DNA from: Candidatus Blackburnbacteria bacterium RIFCSPHIGHO2_12_FULL_44_25
GTDB taxonomy: Bacteria > Patescibacteriota > Microgenomatia > UBA8517 > UBA10165
Length of the DNA stretch: 47,612 nt
Assembly: GCA_001816455.1 (NCBI GenBank)
Contig: MHCB01000012.1
Location: 1 to 47,612, forward strand
Direction of reading: 5' to 3'
This document shows positions 44,851 to 47,612 of the stretch, piece after piece (positions within the stretch are counted from its first letter, which is position 1; each line of letters opens with the position of its first letter). The notes below the pieces were generated by a model that ran no database searches, was not told the DNA's origin, and saw nothing but the letters and a program-made list of their open reading frames with translations. A program made the translations under genes and the position numbers.

Positions 44851-47216
44851 AAAATATCCTTAAAAAATATCAATTGTTTTTGATGGGCGCACTAATATTT
44901 CTAGTATGTTTTCTTGCGTATGGAAAAATTCTTGGAATGTATTTTTACTTAGAAGATTATCTGATTCTCCATTCCATCCAACATCCGAATTCCCCAAGTG
45001 CAGGGTACGGGTCAGGCATTGTTGGAAGACCATATGGTTATGCTGTAACACCTTTTATTCCTTTTTATTATCTTTTTAAACTCAACCCTTTTGGCTATTA
45101 TCTTGTCGAAATAATCTTGTATTTTCTGGCCGCTATCGCAGTTTACTATCTTGTATTAACTTTAACAAAGAATAAGAACGCCTCACTTGGTTCATCGCTC
45201 ATTTTCGCTTCAGGGTATGTTGGCTCAGAGTCACTATATCGGCTCGCAGTGGGTTGGCAAAATATTTTTGCTGCTATTTTCATTTCCCTATCGGCGGCCT
45301 TTTACTATAGATATATAAAAAATCCAAGCTTAAAAAGTTACATTCTGGCTTTTTTTATCTACCTTTTTACTTCCGAGTTTTCTTTCTATAGAGCCCATGG
45401 AATCGTTCTTATTGTTTTAAGTCTAGAGATATTATTTAACTTTAAACCCATAAAATCCTTAATTAGGATGATCCCATTTGCCCTAAGTTATTGGTATTTT
45501 TACGTTTATTCAATCAGAGACTTTATGAGTCCAGGCTCTACATCTGCGACATTACTTCATAAGATATTTGCAGAGAGACATTACAACTATCTTCTTGTTC
45601 CATTAAAAACTCTTGAAAACCTGTTTGTTCCCGATAAAATAAATCTACCTCTGTTTATTTTCCTGGCAGCTTTTCTAGTGGCATTGGCTTGGAAAAGAAA
45701 CAAAACTCTTATTTACTGTTTAATATTTACCGCTGCAAACTTCCTAGTATATTTTTACTATTCTCCGGGTAGTCCTCAAGAAACAGCCCAGCGGTACCTA
45801 CTGGTTTCATATGTGGGAGCTGCATCATTCTGGGGTATTTTTTTAGACAAAGTTTTTAGTAATAAACTTAAATACTTCCTATCATGCTCAGTAATCCTTG
45901 CGTTGAATTTAGGATTTTCACATAAAGAGCAAATTAATATTTTGCAGAATCGTAGTAAGCCATCTGCAAGATTTTGGCAAGATATGCGATCGCAGGTGGC
46001 AAGCTTACCAGAACATTCCGCTATATATATCGATTCAAAAAATGATGGTGTTTCAAAACCTGCACGAGACGCAGCCGTGGGTGCCGGTTCCATGGGCCCC
46101 ACAACTTCATTTGCTGCATATTACGGTATAGATTGGACAGACATATACCTTGCGGAAACTTTTTCTGAACTTCTTGAATTTATAAAAGACGGACAGGTTT
46201 TACCAAAAAATGTTTACACATTTTTCTATTCCAAAAATGAAGGATTAGTGAATACAACCGATCTAACTAAAGAAGCACTAGCCGGAACAAAATCCGCAAG
46301 CTCTTTTAAGTCCCTAAGTGATATTAGTCTCCCTTACAGTTCTCCTCTCCTCCTTGATTTCTCAAGCGATGTAAGACTTATATCCTCAAGCCTTGAATAC
46401 TCAAAGGAAAAAGTTGACCTTCCCCGTTATTTGCAATTCCTCAACTCAAAGGTCCGCTATTATAAAAACGTTTCGGCTTCTTCTACGACACAAGTCCGAT
46501 ATTCTGAAATAAAAAACATAATCGACGAAAATGCAGAAACTAGTTGGAGAGCAGATGATTTAGATTGGGCTAACTCCCACAAGGAAGAGGTGATCTTGGA
46601 CTTGGGAGAAACAAAAACTGTTGGAGGGATCCTAATTATCCCTGCTAGTATTGCTCGAACACCTTCAAAATATACATACGAATGCTCACAAGATCGTGTT
46701 ACTTGGGATAGTCTGGGTAGCTACGATAGGAAAGTTGAAAAAGTTGACGAGTTTCTTGATAAGCTTAAAGTTTCAACTTGCCATTTTATAAAACTTACAA
46801 TCTCTGCGACAGAAAGAAACGGCCCACCTCAAATATCTGAAATTGTGATTATCGAAGATGGCTTTGCTGATCTAAATGTAGATCACGCCGATAAGATTGA
46901 AGCAGATCCATTCAGGTTCGTGAGTTCGCAAGAGGACATTAACGTGTTGCACAAGTATCTAAACGAGAGTGGAGCAAGTGGGGAAATTTGTATAAACACA
47001 GATAAACAGGCTAACAAACGTACATGTACTAAGCACAATTTTAAACTGGGAATTAACAACGATTCAGTGTTTATTGATCAAGGGGGCAAATTATTGCAAA
47101 ATGTAGAAATTAAGCTTCCATCACAACTGCAAATAGAGACTAAAAACCCAAAAATTAGATATTTAACCTTTAAGGAACTTGATAAGCTAGACTACATTAC
47201 AAAGTACGAGGATTAA
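44847..47216 (+). CDS. TMTC/PMT-like GT-C membrane protein fused to a C-terminal F5/8 type C (discoidin, CBM32-like) domain
   Basis: The track ORF starts at 44799. ATG 44847 forms an ATGA junction: MKNILKKYQLFLMGALIFLVCF. The first loop is YFYLEDYLILHS...GRPYGYAVTPFIPFYYLFKLNPFGYYLVEIILYF. The discoidin pattern at about 46500-46860 is NAETSWRADD...VILDLGETKTVGGILIIPA...YTYECSQDRVTWDSLG...CHFIKLTISATERNGPPQISEIVII. Confidence 0.7.
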   Translation: MKNILKKYQLFLMGALIFLVCFLAYGKILGMYFYLEDYLILHSIQHPNSPSAGYGSGIVGRPYGYAVTPFIPFYYLFKLNPFGYYLVEIILYFLAAIAVYYLVLTLTKNKNASLGSSLIFASGYVGSESLYRLAVGWQNIFAAIFISLSAAFYYRYIKNPSLKSYILAFFIYLFTSEFSFYRAHGIVLIVLSLEILFNFKPIKSLIRMIPFALSYWYFYVYSIRDFMSPGSTSATLLHKIFAERHYNYLLVPLKTLENLFVPDKINLPLFIFLAAFLVALAWKRNKTLIYCLIFTAANFLVYFYYSPGSPQETAQRYLLVSYVGAASFWGIFLDKVFSNKLKYFLSCSVILALNLGFSHKEQINILQNRSKPSARFWQDMRSQVASLPEHSAIYIDSKNDGVSKPARDAAVGAGSMGPTTSFAAYYGIDWTDIYLAETFSELLEFIKDGQVLPKNVYTFFYSKNEGLVNTTDLTKEALAGTKSASSFKSLSDISLPYSSPLLLDFSSDVRLISSSLEYSKEKVDLPRYLQFLNSKVRYYKNVSASSTTQVRYSEIKNIIDENAETSWRADDLDWANSHKEEVILDLGETKTVGGILIIPASIARTPSKYTYECSQDRVTWDSLGSYDRKVEKVDEFLDKLKVSTCHFIKLTISATERNGPPQISEIVIIEDGFADLNVDHADKIEADPFRFVSSQEDINVLHKYLNESGASGEICINTDKQANKRTCTKHNFKLGINNDSVFIDQGGKLLQNVEIKLPSQLQIETKNPKIRYLTFKELDKLDYITKYED

Positions 47217-47612
47217 GGTAACTGATTACTTCTTATTTTTTTGGCAACAACCCAGAAGATCAAATTAACTAACTCCGCAACAATCAATACTGCTCGCGAC
47301 AACAAGGCTATAAAAGCTGCTTGCGGCACACCCATTTGTTGGCCCGTTAACACAATGAACGCACCCTCACGTACCCCCAAACCCATAGGAGTAATAAAAC
47401 TCAAGTATCCAACCAGCCAAGCCAAAAGCGACGAGGAAAACAGAAGCGGAACATTCCCGGTGTTTAAATTATCTATTAGTGTGATTGTACCCAAGCCATA
47501 CAACGTCCAGGCAACAATCTGAAATAAGAAGACCACCAAAAGGACACGTGGATTTACATTTTGAGCAATCAGTTTCGAAAGAAACCTTTTAACTAAATTT
47601 TTCAAAAAATAT
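47213..47612 (-). CDS. UPF0104 / LPG-synthase-TM-like membrane protein, C-terminal part (N-terminus probably beyond the window end)
   Basis: The reading frame is open to the window edge; the track's start is only a TTG at 47605. LLAWLVGYLSFITPMGLGVREGAFIVLTG aligns with SWLVGYLTFLAPSGLGLREASIAGLM of 37018-37932. Full-length members are about 300 aa. The stop shares TTAA with the convergent gene's stop. Confidence 0.6.
   Translation of the reverse strand, partial: YFLKNLVKRFLSKLIAQNVNPRVLLVVFLFQIVAWTLYGLGTITLIDNLNTGNVPLLFSSSLLAWLVGYLSFITPMGLGVREGAFIVLTGQQMGVPQAAFIALLSRAVLIVAELVNLIFWVVAKKIRSNQLP

Noticed and set aside
47213-47216. The convergent genes share a TTAA, so their stop codons overlap (TAA on both strands).
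   Set aside because: This is real but is most simply a consequence of extreme gene packing. No hairpin or other signal is associated with it.
1-47612. An alternative genetic code (UGA recoding, as in some CPR lineages).
   Set aside because: TGA terminates many motif-complete genes precisely at ATGA junctions. Long ORFs are intact under the standard bacterial code, so code 11 fits.

Overview
AT-rich, very tightly packed bacterial window. The gene families and packing resemble CPR/Patescibacteria (Microgenomates-type), but that is an inference, not a demonstration. Positions 1-2650 hold a small DNA-metabolism neighbourhood. On the minus strand there is a small membrane protein, a wHTH-Nudix protein and a beta-class DNA methyltransferase that runs off the window start. 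On the plus strand there is a UDG-superfamily gene bracketed by two copies of a structured two-hairpin repeat. From 2648 to the window end nearly everything is glycan-related. I count 16 full-length GT-C-type polytopic membrane glycosyltransferase-like genes, which sum to about 28 kb. They include a family of seven paralogs (six in a near-tandem run at 19632-30835), one YfhO type, two Gpi18/PIG-V-like, two TMTC-like and an inverted pair of 710-aa paralogs. There is also one truncated paralog. Alongside these are 7 GT2, 4 GT4, 2 SAM methyltransferases, 2 MOP/Wzx flippases, 2 MprF-flippase-like (UPF0104) proteins and one secreted protein. Twenty-seven plus-strand genes (5074-38501) form one translationally coupled block with no gap over about 35 nt. 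I recognised no rRNA, tRNA, CRISPR array, transposase or integrase. All family calls come from motif reading of the translations; no HMM or BLAST search could be run.
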